This document shows positions 56,098 through 64,000 of a DNA stretch of 64,000 nucleotides, one piece after another. Origin of the DNA: a virus (taxonomy: Duplodnaviria > Caudoviricetes). The stretch spans positions 7,354-71,353 of IMG/VR virus record IMGVR_UViG_3300032214_000855; one strand, written 5' to 3'. The translations under genes and the position numbers were made by a program. How positions within the stretch are numbered: position 1 is the first letter of the stretch; each line of letters begins with the position of its first letter. The notes below the pieces were generated by a model, which did not search any database, was not told where the DNA came from, and saw only the letters and a program-made list of their open reading frames with translations.

Positions 56098-56339
56098 GAA
56101 CCTTTAAGTGATTTGTGAGATTGTTTCATTGCTTTATAAAGTTTTTTAATTTCTTTATAAGCATCTTCAGCAGTCATCTTACCTCCGATTGCCATATTCG
56201 TCAAGTAAGAAACGTGGTGAGAAAAGTTATTGAGATTATTAACTGATGCAATATCCAAAAAACTTACATCAGCATCTGGATTGATTGGGGGAGTTGGACA
56301 CAAAAACTCTTCTTTAGTTTGTCTTTTTGGAGTTGTCAT
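56088..56339 (-). CDS. homolog of a small cyanobacterial protein (DUF7219-like)
   Basis: NLNNFSHHVSYLTNMAIGGKMTAEDAYKEIKKLYKAMKQS. Confidence 0.55.
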   Translation of the reverse strand: MTTPKRQTKEEFLCPTPPINPDADVSFLDIASVNNLNNFSHHVSYLTNMAIGGKMTAEDAYKEIKKLYKAMKQSHKSLKGSWF

Positions 56340-56554
56340 TTTGTAAAATTTTCAATGGTAATAATGTCTATTCTAGTATCAACTGCCTCAATTTGATTTG
56401 ATAGTTCATAAAGACAGTTTGATGTCTCAATGTTTTCTTCTTCAAGTTTAGAAATACGTTTTTCCATTTCTATAACTTTAGCATATAATCCGCCATCTTC
56501 ATCAATATGTTTTTGTGAAGGTGTAATAAACCACTTGATAAACTTACGAATCAT
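56336..56554 (-). CDS. hypothetical coiled-coil protein
   Basis: 72 aa. Confidence 0.65.
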   Translation of the reverse strand: MIRKFIKWFITPSQKHIDEDGGLYAKVIEMEKRISKLEEENIETSNCLYELSNQIEAVDTRIDIITIENFTK

Positions 56555-56830
56555 TATATCAATCCAACAGATTTTAAGTACCTACGATATGCTAAAAATC
56601 TTCCTAGAGAAGGTTCTCCAGGAAGATTAAGTTGATGATGAATCTCACAATAACAAATCCAATCGTGCCAAGGAGTAGATTCATCAAGAACGTGATAGTT
56701 CATACTTTTGTTGGTTTGAATTCAATTTCAGATTTATTTTGTTTATGCAATTTTTCTACTGCTTTTCGCAGTTCTTCTGTTTCTTCCCATTCCCAGGAAT
56801 TTCCATTCTTATCAATAAAAGTGCGTAGTG

Positions 56831-57064
56831 TCATAGTTTTCCTCCAACTTCTCCAGTATAAGTCTTTTGCTCTGCCTTGTCAAACTCACCTTCTTGTTTT
56901 GCCTTCAAGTACCAACGTGTTGCCTTTATACACTCTTCTTCAGATAGTGAGGTGATAATACCTTTACCGTCAGGATAATGAGATTGCCAAGTACCCCAAC
57001 GTTTTTGTTCAACATAAAAGGCATTGTCATCATACCATTTCTTTTCCATAATGTCAAGATTCAC
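56831..57064 (-). CDS. hypothetical protein
   Basis: 77 aa; ends YTGEVGGKL. Confidence 0.65.
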   Translation of the reverse strand: MNLDIMEKKWYDDNAFYVEQKRWGTWQSHYPDGKGIITSLSEEECIKATRWYLKAKQEGEFDKAEQKTYTGEVGGKL

Positions 57065-57378
57065 TTCTTTTGGTTTGAATTGCGAGTAGGGTGTGAAGTG
57101 GAATCCAACTTTCTGGTTCGTTTTGAAACTGTACCAGAACTTCCGTCACTTTTTGGTTTAGGTTTTTGCTCCACGTCTCTCTTGTGTTTTTTACTGCGTA
57201 CAACGGGTTCTCCATCACGATAATCAATCTTAATGTCCTTCTTATCTAGTTTATATCGTTCTAGGTGTTTTTGCAAGTGTTCATCACATTGAAAAAAACA
57301 AACTGTAGTATTTTTCCCTTCTTTAACTTGAAGTTTGATTGGGAAAGTTTCATATGGAAATTGTTCAGGATTTGTCAT
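57061..57378 (-). CDS. hypothetical protein
   Basis: 105 aa. Confidence 0.65.
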   Translation of the reverse strand: MTNPEQFPYETFPIKLQVKEGKNTTVCFFQCDEHLQKHLERYKLDKKDIKIDYRDGEPVVRSKKHKRDVEQKPKPKSDGSSGTVSKRTRKLDSTSHPTRNSNQKK

Positions 57379-57770
57379 CGTCCAGTAACATCCTCATAAT
57401 CCATTAACTTGCCATACTTAAAGTGTATTCTACACCGTGGCCAATCTTCCCATTTTCCTTTCCAATGTTCCGGATAAATCTCAATATATTTTGTAATACA
57501 ATGAACCCTAACTTTTCCACGAGTTCCATTCGGAATCCATCTAAAGTTAAGTAATGCCATATTATCATTATATCCATCATCACCTTCTTTGAGTTCTACA
57601 AAGTCAGCAGTATGGGCATAATCAATAAGATACAAATACCCATCAGGAGAAATCCAATATTGGGTCATTGTTCCACCAATACCATCCTCAATGTCTTTTG
57701 TGTGACATTGGGTTTCTGTAAAATGTTCTCCTAGATTATAAGAAGAACGAACATAATCCATCATTCCCAT
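57375..57770 (-). CDS. phage hypothetical protein
   Basis: MGMMDYVRSSY..HTKDIEDGIGGTMTQYWISPDGYL. Confidence 0.7.
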   Translation of the reverse strand: MGMMDYVRSSYNLGEHFTETQCHTKDIEDGIGGTMTQYWISPDGYLYLIDYAHTADFVELKEGDDGYNDNMALLNFRWIPNGTRGKVRVHCITKYIEIYPEHWKGKWEDWPRCRIHFKYGKLMDYEDVTGR

Positions 57771-57948
57771 TTTACTTTTTCCTCATAAGTATCGTGGTTT
57801 TTCTGTGTCAAACTTGTAGAACTCAACATCCTTCATTTCAAGACACATACGTATAGTTTCGTGCTCTCTGTGTTCTCTTGGTGTTCCTTTATATAGTGCT
57901 CTTCTTTGGTATGCACACTTCCAGATGTCATAGAAGATTTTAGATTTT

Positions 57949-58164
57949 TCATTCATCATCCCAAGGTGCTTTTTTATACATAATCTCCTTTAATCTTTCC
58001 ACTACTTTTGGGTCTGGTGGTTCGTTAATTCTTCTTACTAATTCATCATATGCTTCTTTAGAAACATACATCTTTTGTGGTTTCATACCAAGATGTTTGA
58101 GGCATTTTCTTTCGTATTGCCAGTCCTTATACTTATACCATAAAGACCATAAAAGATTTCTCAT
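57949..58164 (-). CDS. hypothetical protein
   Basis: 71 aa; ends LKEIMYKKAPWD. Confidence 0.65.
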   Translation of the reverse strand: MRNLLWSLWYKYKDWQYERKCLKHLGMKPQKMYVSKEAYDELVRRINEPPDPKVVERLKEIMYKKAPWDDE

Positions 58165-58460
58165 TTCTTTGTCCAGGAATAAACATACATTTGCATATAA
58201 CCATCATTTAGTTCTGCCCACATTGCATATGGAAGTTTATAAGAATACTTCATATCTCTCATCCAATAAGTGTATGCTTCCCAGGCATATCCTATACTCT
58301 GCAATCCCCAAATAAAGTTTCTCCACTTCTCAAGGTCATAAACCCAGTCATTATTTGTATCAAAAGGATTCCACTTAAAGTTAGGTTGAAAGTCATACTC
58401 ATAATAGTATTTGTTATACTGCTTACGAGTCCAGTTCTTGTATCGTTGAAGAAGATTCAT
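58161..58460 (-). CDS. Trp/Tyr-rich hypothetical protein
   Basis: 99 aa, first ORF after promoter at 58484. Confidence 0.6.
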   Translation of the reverse strand: MNLLQRYKNWTRKQYNKYYYEYDFQPNFKWNPFDTNNDWVYDLEKWRNFIWGLQSIGYAWEAYTYWMRDMKYSYKLPYAMWAELNDGYMQMYVYSWTKK

Positions 58461-58483
58461 AAGATGGTTGAATTCATAAGAGT

Positions 58484-58542
58484 ATTATAGCAGGTTTTTA
58501 GGGGTTCTGGTGGGGTCTTGTGCCAGTTTGAGAAGTGGTTAG
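58484..58542 (-). promoter_or_regulatory. palindrome-box promoter
   Basis: TGC-TATAAT -10 plus TGTGCCAG-N8-GTGGTTAG at 58519-42. Confidence 0.75.
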
Positions 58543-59858
58543 ATGCCGAACCTTCCACGATTTGCGTTGAAGTTTTGTTGTATTTCTGCTGCTGTGAGTG
58601 CTCTGTTGTATTGAAATACACCAGCAATTTGTCCATTGACCCAGTGATTTTGATTTACACATCCTATAGAAAATTCATTTGTTGCAGTATTACCTACTCC
58701 CGATGCAAGTGTGCTAACCAAATTACCATTTAAATATGCCCTCACATATCCATCTGATGATAATGTTAAACCTTGACAATACCAAACATTTGGACTTAAG
58801 ATGGTTCCATTTACTTGTTCTCCATTAGTTCCCATATAATAGTAGAAATAACCTCCATTACTTATTCCCAAATAATTATAAGCATTTCCTTCTTGTGTTC
58901 CTGTTAAACTATATCCATTAGGCAAAGAATTTACTGTATTATATTTAATCCACACAAAATAACTTCTATATCCAGAAGGTTTAAAGTTTGTAGATATCCT
59001 ATCATTGGTTCCATCAAACACCAAAGTACCACCATTAGCACTACTATAAGTAGGAGTATTTGCAAATGTTCCGATGATACTATCATTATTATAATTTGCC
59101 AACCTACTCGCAGTGAATCCAGATAATAGTGTTGCTATAGAAGGTTCTGTTCCATCAATCGCATCAATTCTTGGGTCAAAAAGTTGTAATCTTGTCGTGC
59201 TATCACCACAATAATAATGATAGCATCTATGAACTGCTGATGTTACATCACTTCCTGCCCATTTAACATCTGCTCCAATATTACACGCATTGATTGATGC
59301 TACTTTTGTAGTTCCACCAGAAACCGTATATATTCCACTTTCAGGATGCTGTCCAGTATATGAAGTATTATAAGGATAACAATGACCTACTACCAAATAC
59401 CAAACATCTTTTTCAAATCCACCAGTTCCTCTACAATCCCAATATGGATTTCCTTCTACAGCATTATTATCTGTTCTTCTAATACCACTTGCATTTCCAT
59501 ACAATCCAAGATAAAAAGTTCCACCGCTTGTTGTGGAAGTTCTTTTTACCCAAACAGAAAATCTATAAAGTTTTGTATTATCAATACCGAAATAGTCACT
59601 ATTCCAACCACCATCAGCATTACCATCTCCAGATGGTCTTGTTTCCCAAACAATTGAAGATTTGCCAAATGGGTCTGTTCCTAAAACTCTTTCATTCTCA
59701 TTTGTATTTCCATTTTGAGAATAATAAGTTGCTCCACCCGAACCTAAATTCCAAGAAAGTGAATTGATTACAGAATTTGCAAAACATTTTCTATTTCCAG
59801 CATCAAATGATAATACAAGACCAGATTCACTTACATCTGGACCACTATAAACTCCCAC
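58539..59858 (-). CDS. LamG/concanavalin-A-like lectin domain protein (putative tail/adhesin)
   Basis: Restarted at GTG 59858 (MGVYSGPD); SGLVLSFDAGN..; C-terminal YNRALTAAEIQQNFNANRGRFGI. Confidence 0.8.
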   Translation of the reverse strand: MGVYSGPDVSESGLVLSFDAGNRKCFANSVINSLSWNLGSGGATYYSQNGNTNENERVLGTDPFGKSSIVWETRPSGDGNADGGWNSDYFGIDNTKLYRFSVWVKRTSTTSGGTFYLGLYGNASGIRRTDNNAVEGNPYWDCRGTGGFEKDVWYLVVGHCYPYNTSYTGQHPESGIYTVSGGTTKVASINACNIGADVKWAGSDVTSAVHRCYHYYCGDSTTRLQLFDPRIDAIDGTEPSIATLLSGFTASRLANYNNDSIIGTFANTPTYSSANGGTLVFDGTNDRISTNFKPSGYRSYFVWIKYNTVNSLPNGYSLTGTQEGNAYNYLGISNGGYFYYYMGTNGEQVNGTILSPNVWYCQGLTLSSDGYVRAYLNGNLVSTLASGVGNTATNEFSIGCVNQNHWVNGQIAGVFQYNRALTAAEIQQNFNANRGRFGI

Positions 59859-59859
59859 T

Positions 59860-60186
59860 TCACTCTTCTCCCATAGGCATAGGTGCTGACCACTCTGGAC
59901 CATTCAGGATTTCTAAAATCTCTTCATAAGAATAAATCTCTTCAAGTGTTGTGAGTTCTTCAATAAAACTTGGTTGAGGACTTGGTGTTATAGTTTCAAT
60001 CTCATTGGTTTCTGTATTTGTGATTTCATAAGGTTCTAAACTTTCTGGAGAATCCCATTTCACAAAAGTCTTCGTGCCATCTACACTGCGTCGTAGGGTA
60101 TTTTCATTACTCTCACATACTGATGAGAAATCAATTTTATCAATTTCAGTTGTTGAGAATATTGCGAAGTTTCTTGATTCGTACAT
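59860..60186 (-). CDS. hypothetical protein associated with LamG genes
   Basis: IFSTTEIDKIDFSSVCESNENTLRRSVDGTKTFVKW. Confidence 0.7.
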   Translation of the reverse strand: MYESRNFAIFSTTEIDKIDFSSVCESNENTLRRSVDGTKTFVKWDSPESLEPYEITNTETNEIETITPSPQPSFIEELTTLEEIYSYEEILEILNGPEWSAPMPMGEE

Positions 60187-60200
60187 AGTTTTTGAAGTAT

Positions 60201-61421
60201 TTAGATACCAAAACGACCACGGAGTGCTTGGAAGTTTTGTTGGATTTCTGCTGCAGAAAGTATACGATTATAAATATCAAATTTTGATATTTTTCCATTC
60301 CAATTCCTACTACCTCCCCATTGCCATCTTCCCAATGCTAAACTTTGATTTACATAGTTAATAGTTCTTCCATTTGCCAGGTTTCCTTGACTATGAAACT
60401 GCCCATTAACATATGCAATGACTCTTGAAGATGGGGAAAATGTAAATGCAACATGATACCAAGTATTAGCATTTAATACAATTGTTCCAGATGCACTAAT
60501 AGTACCAGAACCATCAATTACTCCAAAGACATATTGATTTAAATTATTTTCATTTTGTTGGAATACAAAATTCTGTGTTCCTGTATGATTATTATCAAAT
60601 ATATCAGCGTATGTTGTTTGTGTTGACCCACAATTTACCCATAAAGAAATGGTAAATGTTTGATAAGTAAAGAATGATCCACACTCAACATACATATTAG
60701 TTCCATCAAACTCCAAATAGTTACCAGTATCACCGTAAATCGGTAGACCAAAGTTCAAGTGGGCAACTTGGTCTGGGTTTGTTGAATAATTTTGGAATAC
60801 CCACCCATATGCATTTCCTGCACCTAACCCAGGTTTACCGACTAAAATCCATTCTGGAGAAGAGAATCCAATAATTGAATCCACATTACTTGGAGCACCT
60901 AAATCTCTAAGAATTGCATATTGTGCTGATGTATGATATGAGTCTCTATGAGAACCTGAAACAATATGAACGGCATCTGGATAAGTTGCTACAGCAGTTG
61001 CATATTCAGAAACAAAAGTATCAACTGCAGCAGTGCCCAAATATGAATCATATACTGTAGTTTTTACCCAAGATTGTGTTGGGTTATTATAAACTGCATA
61101 ATTTAATGCCCTACTAAAATCAAAGATTTTAGTACCCGAAGTTACATTATAACCAGGAGTAATACCATCTCTATTGGCAGCAGAACCACCAAAAGAACCC
61201 TCTGGATAATCAATTGCAAAAATTGTGTAATATGAAAGATTTCCCAACTTTACGCCATTATAAGAATTAATTACATCTGATTGAGATGTTAAATTCTTAA
61301 CAAGTTGGGGTGCATTATTAAATCCAGTACAACCTAGTGGTGAAATACACTTACGGTTTGCAACATCTATAGCAAATACTAATCCACTTGATACTATACC
61401 TGGATTATAAGCAATTCCCAT
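60201..61421 (-). CDS. LamG/concanavalin-A-like lectin domain protein
   Basis: SGLVFAIDVAN..; FTISLWV..WYHVAFT..YNRILSAAEIQQNFQALRGRFGI. Confidence 0.8.
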   Translation of the reverse strand: MGIAYNPGIVSSGLVFAIDVANRKCISPLGCTGFNNAPQLVKNLTSQSDVINSYNGVKLGNLSYYTIFAIDYPEGSFGGSAANRDGITPGYNVTSGTKIFDFSRALNYAVYNNPTQSWVKTTVYDSYLGTAAVDTFVSEYATAVATYPDAVHIVSGSHRDSYHTSAQYAILRDLGAPSNVDSIIGFSSPEWILVGKPGLGAGNAYGWVFQNYSTNPDQVAHLNFGLPIYGDTGNYLEFDGTNMYVECGSFFTYQTFTISLWVNCGSTQTTYADIFDNNHTGTQNFVFQQNENNLNQYVFGVIDGSGTISASGTIVLNANTWYHVAFTFSPSSRVIAYVNGQFHSQGNLANGRTINYVNQSLALGRWQWGGSRNWNGKISKFDIYNRILSAAEIQQNFQALRGRFGI

Positions 61422-61450
61422 TCTCTCTCAATACCTCTTCGTTTTTGTAT

Positions 61451-62143
61451 TTAGGTTAGACCAAAGCGTCCTTTGAGTGCATTGTAGTTTTGTCGGATTT
61501 CTTGTGATGTGAGTACACGATTATAAAATTTAATAGATGCAATTTTTCCCCTAAAAAAATACATAGAGTCATTATTATCTCTGCCTATGTATGCATCATT
61601 AGTGGGCCATTGTGTAGTTCCACTCCAACTATCTAATAATGTGTTGATTAAATCTCCATTTATATAAAGATATCTTGTCGTTGAATTTGCTTGAATTGCA
61701 ACATAATGCCATGAAGAATTATAAAAATTGTATGACGAAGGTGAAGTAATAGATGTAACAGAACTGCCATTATCCAAAGAATAACTTAAACTATTACTAT
61801 AAACAAATAATCTAATCCCATAAGTAAGTCCCAATAATCCTGGTAGTGTTCCAGTCGTAGGAGTTGTTCCATCAGAACTAAACCATAGTTCTATAGTAAA
61901 ATTAGGTAATGGGAAAAATGTATTACCAGTTCCAAGACTTATAACATCATTCACCCCATCAAAACTCAAAGAACCTAAATTATTGCCAGAATACCCAACT
62001 CCATTCACAAGAGTTCCATTTTTCCCATTACCACTCAAATCAGTCCAAGTGGTTCCAGAACCAGGATAAGACTTTGTATTTCCTGCATCTAAGCAAAGGA
62101 CTAATCCTGATGTAACTATGGAGGGACTGTGAAATAATGCCAC
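61451..62143 (-). CDS. LamG/concanavalin-A-like lectin domain protein
   Basis: SGLVLCLDAGNTKSYPGSGTTWTDLSGNG..FDGVND..YNRVLTSQEIRQNYNALKGRFG; late promoter at 62169-75. Confidence 0.85.
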   Translation of the reverse strand: MALFHSPSIVTSGLVLCLDAGNTKSYPGSGTTWTDLSGNGKNGTLVNGVGYSGNNLGSLSFDGVNDVISLGTGNTFFPLPNFTIELWFSSDGTTPTTGTLPGLLGLTYGIRLFVYSNSLSYSLDNGSSVTSITSPSSYNFYNSSWHYVAIQANSTTRYLYINGDLINTLLDSWSGTTQWPTNDAYIGRDNNDSMYFFRGKIASIKFYNRVLTSQEIRQNYNALKGRFGLT

Positions 62144-62171
62144 TTTATATCTGTCTTATTCGTAAAAGTAT

Positions 62172-62357
62172 TTATTCTACACTTTCATCACTATAATTAA
62201 CATAAAGGTTATCACCACCAATGTTTAAGTGAAATATTTGACCGTTGTTAAGATAGATTCCCAACCACACAGCACGACCTTCTTCCATTGTCTCATAATG
62301 TACCATCTTCACATCCTCCAGAACAATCTCATCTGGATTTTTAATAAATCTACTCAT
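62172..62357 (-). CDS. hypothetical protein
   Basis: 61 aa. Confidence 0.65.
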   Translation of the reverse strand: MSRFIKNPDEIVLEDVKMVHYETMEEGRAVWLGIYLNNGQIFHLNIGGDNLYVNYSDESVE

Positions 62358-62578
62358 TTCTTTTCCTCAAAAAATCTACCGTCAGGACCACAAGAATAAT
62401 CAAGTTCTTTCCATCTATTTGACCTCAACATATCACAAAATCGTTGCTTATGACCAGTTACAAGGTCATCAGTGGTATTTGGAGAAGCACACATATCATA
62501 TCTGCTAGTTCTAAAAAAGATATGTTCTATCCAAGATTTCCTGTACCACTTGCAATTACAGCAGAGTTTTTTAGTCAT
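62354..62578 (-). CDS. small Cys-rich protein (possible Zn finger)
   Basis: CCNCKWY..C..FCDMLR..CGPDGRFFE. Confidence 0.6.
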   Translation of the reverse strand: MTKKLCCNCKWYRKSWIEHIFFRTSRYDMCASPNTTDDLVTGHKQRFCDMLRSNRWKELDYSCGPDGRFFEEKK

Positions 62579-62841
62579 TGATATGGGTTCTTAAGGTTAT
62601 CAAGAATAGCAGAAAAGAATGCGATACGGTCTTTGTCGTATTCCACATCAACACCATGTTGTTTACAATAGTCCATGATAGATTTTTCTGTTGCAGTTGG
62701 TGAATAACAATCACGGAACCTTGCATAAGTGATGTGTTCTTTGAACTCTCTTCGCATAATCTCAAATAACTGAAATAATTCTTGTTGTGTGAGTTCTACT
62801 TCCCTTTCAGTTGCTTGATGTCCTTTGAATTTGATGTTCAT
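62575..62841 (-). CDS. hypothetical protein
   Basis: 88 aa. Confidence 0.65.
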   Translation of the reverse strand: MNIKFKGHQATEREVELTQQELFQLFEIMRREFKEHITYARFRDCYSPTATEKSIMDYCKQHGVDVEYDKDRIAFFSAILDNLKNPYQ

Positions 62842-62842
62842 T

Positions 62843-63103
62843 TCAGTTTACTCCATAAAGTTCAAGAATACGACGAGCAACAACAATCGCAAGGTCTTTG
62901 TTTGCGATAGACATATATTCAGTGATGCCTCTGTGCTCACTATCGTGCTGTTTTCCTGTGGATTCTAGATAAACTCCACCATTATCTGCTTGAAGTTTTA
63001 CGGTATGAGTCATACCTTCTGCTTCATCAAAAAGTTCATAAACATCAGTGGTACTGTGAATAATTTCAGTTCCAGGAACAATTTTGTAAGGTTGAAAAGT
63101 CAT
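62843..63103 (-). CDS. hypothetical protein
   Basis: 86 aa, first ORF after promoter at 63127. Confidence 0.65.
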   Translation of the reverse strand: MTFQPYKIVPGTEIIHSTTDVYELFDEAEGMTHTVKLQADNGGVYLESTGKQHDSEHRGITEYMSIANKDLAIVVARRILELYGVN

Positions 63104-63126
63104 TGTAATTGGGTGTTTATGGGTGT

Positions 63127-63185
63127 ATTATAGGGCATCCAAGTCCTTTCTGCGGTGTACAGTGGACGGTTTATCAAGTGTCTCC
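63127..63185 (-). promoter_or_regulatory. palindrome-box promoter
   Basis: TATAAT -10 plus GTGGACGG-N8-GTGTCTCC at 63162-85. Confidence 0.7.
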
Positions 63186-63415
63186 AAGGCATCCGCAAGT
63201 TCATAAAGTTCTCGTGCCGAAACTACCATATCTTCACCATCACCAAAATGATAGTATTGAAGTTCATTAACTGCCTCACGAATCACAGCAGCAAACTCAT
63301 AATAAGTCTTAGCAACCATAGGGTCTCTACCTTCACGGATAAGTTTTCCAAGTGTAGGAGAACCTTCAGCAACATTCCGCGCAGCATCTACACACTTTTG
63401 TGCTATCTTATTCAT
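63128..63415 (-). CDS. hypothetical protein
   Basis: 95 aa. Confidence 0.6.
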   Translation of the reverse strand: MNKIAQKCVDAARNVAEGSPTLGKLIREGRDPMVAKTYYEFAAVIREAVNELQYYHFGDGEDMVVSARELYELADALETLDKPSTVHRRKDLDAL

Positions 63416-63936
63416 TATGCTAGTCCATCAGCACTATCTTTTAACTCTTGCACTCGTTTCAAAAACTCATTACTCTGGCGATACAATCCTTCAATCAAAT
63501 CCTTGATGTCATCAACAGCAATCACATCATACTCCACATTCATATTCTCACAACGGAGAGCATCAATCATACATTCAAGTGTCATTGCCTGCATATGTTC
63601 TGGTGTGATTGGTGTGCCGTGAGGCATCCCAGAACATTCATCATTATAGAAAGCATTATATCGTGCTAATACAGTATCAGCACGTTCTCTACGTTCCCAC
63701 TCATCTTTCTCAATCTCTGCAAGTTTCAGCATAGCATCACCGTGCTTTTCATAAAGTTCATCAAGAGCAGCAAGTGCTTTCTTTTCTGCTTCACTATTGA
63801 CTTGGTTTCCCATAAGTTCTTTCAACCTCTGTTTGCCGTATTCAGTGAGTTCGTGTTTTTTGTTGCGGAGTTCTTCTACTTCCTCTTGTGTGAGATTAAC
63901 CCACGGCATATCATTGTTCATTTTGCTCCATAGCAT
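63415..63936 (-). CDS. hypothetical multi-module protein
   Basis: 173 aa. Confidence 0.6.
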   Translation of the reverse strand: MLWSKMNNDMPWVNLTQEEVEELRNKKHELTEYGKQRLKELMGNQVNSEAEKKALAALDELYEKHGDAMLKLAEIEKDEWERRERADTVLARYNAFYNDECSGMPHGTPITPEHMQAMTLECMIDALRCENMNVEYDVIAVDDIKDLIEGLYRQSNEFLKRVQELKDSADGLA

Positions 63937-64000
63937 ACTCTTCCTGCTTTTCTAACTTCCTTTCAAGTTTCTCAATCCTCCTATGAAGTTCGGTGATGAT

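Noticed and set aside
58539-62143. Diversity-generating retroelement acting on LamG genes
   Set aside because: No reverse transcriptase and no adenine-specific TR/VR repeat pair seen in the window
33585-63185. Palindrome box as an NtcA or CRP site
   Set aside because: It does not match GTA-N8-TAC or TGTGA-N6-TCACA in sequence or spacing
387-63933. Plus-strand ORFs in the track (e.g. 5009, 7537, 36625, 49495, 53319, 54577)
   Set aside because: All are antisense to well-supported minus-strand genes and show antisense-shadow composition (F/L/S-rich opposite K/E-rich genes)

Overview
64 kb of an AT-rich T4-like myovirus genome, most likely a cyanomyovirus (Kyanoviridae-like). This is inferred from gene order, ATAAATA late promoters and cyanobacterial-type small genes. 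Essentially all real genes are on the minus strand. 1-31.5 kb is the virion module: gp17 (partial), a modular Glu-punctuated protein, gp16, gp15, gp14, gp13, a 2570-aa VrlC/DUF4815-type protein, gp8, a 3615-aa gp7, gp6, gp25 and a glycosyltransferase-like gene. 32.1-33.8 kb is a nearly gene-free control region with long inverted repeats, a strand-biased ACGAA motif, a 72-bp-period repeat-spacer array, an orphan late promoter, and one counter-oriented consensus sigma70 promoter followed by about 35-bp repeats. 33.8-64 kb holds many small early-type ORFs, three dispersed tRNAs, an SF2 helicase, a metallophosphoesterase, an ArdA-like protein, a GIY-YIG/NUMOD3 homing endonuclease and three LamG lectin paralogs. 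Best leads: (1) late-promoter genes carrying a T4 internal-protein-type capsid-targeting tag (MKTFxEFLEE) on diverse cargo, including a HiPIP [4Fe-4S] domain and an HNH-like domain; (2) 14 promoters sharing a palindrome centred about 41.5 bp upstream of the -10 box; (3) the 32.1-33.8 kb structured region; (4) a possible sRNA/antisense switch upstream of the endonuclease. All family assignments are by-eye motif recognition; no database searches were run.
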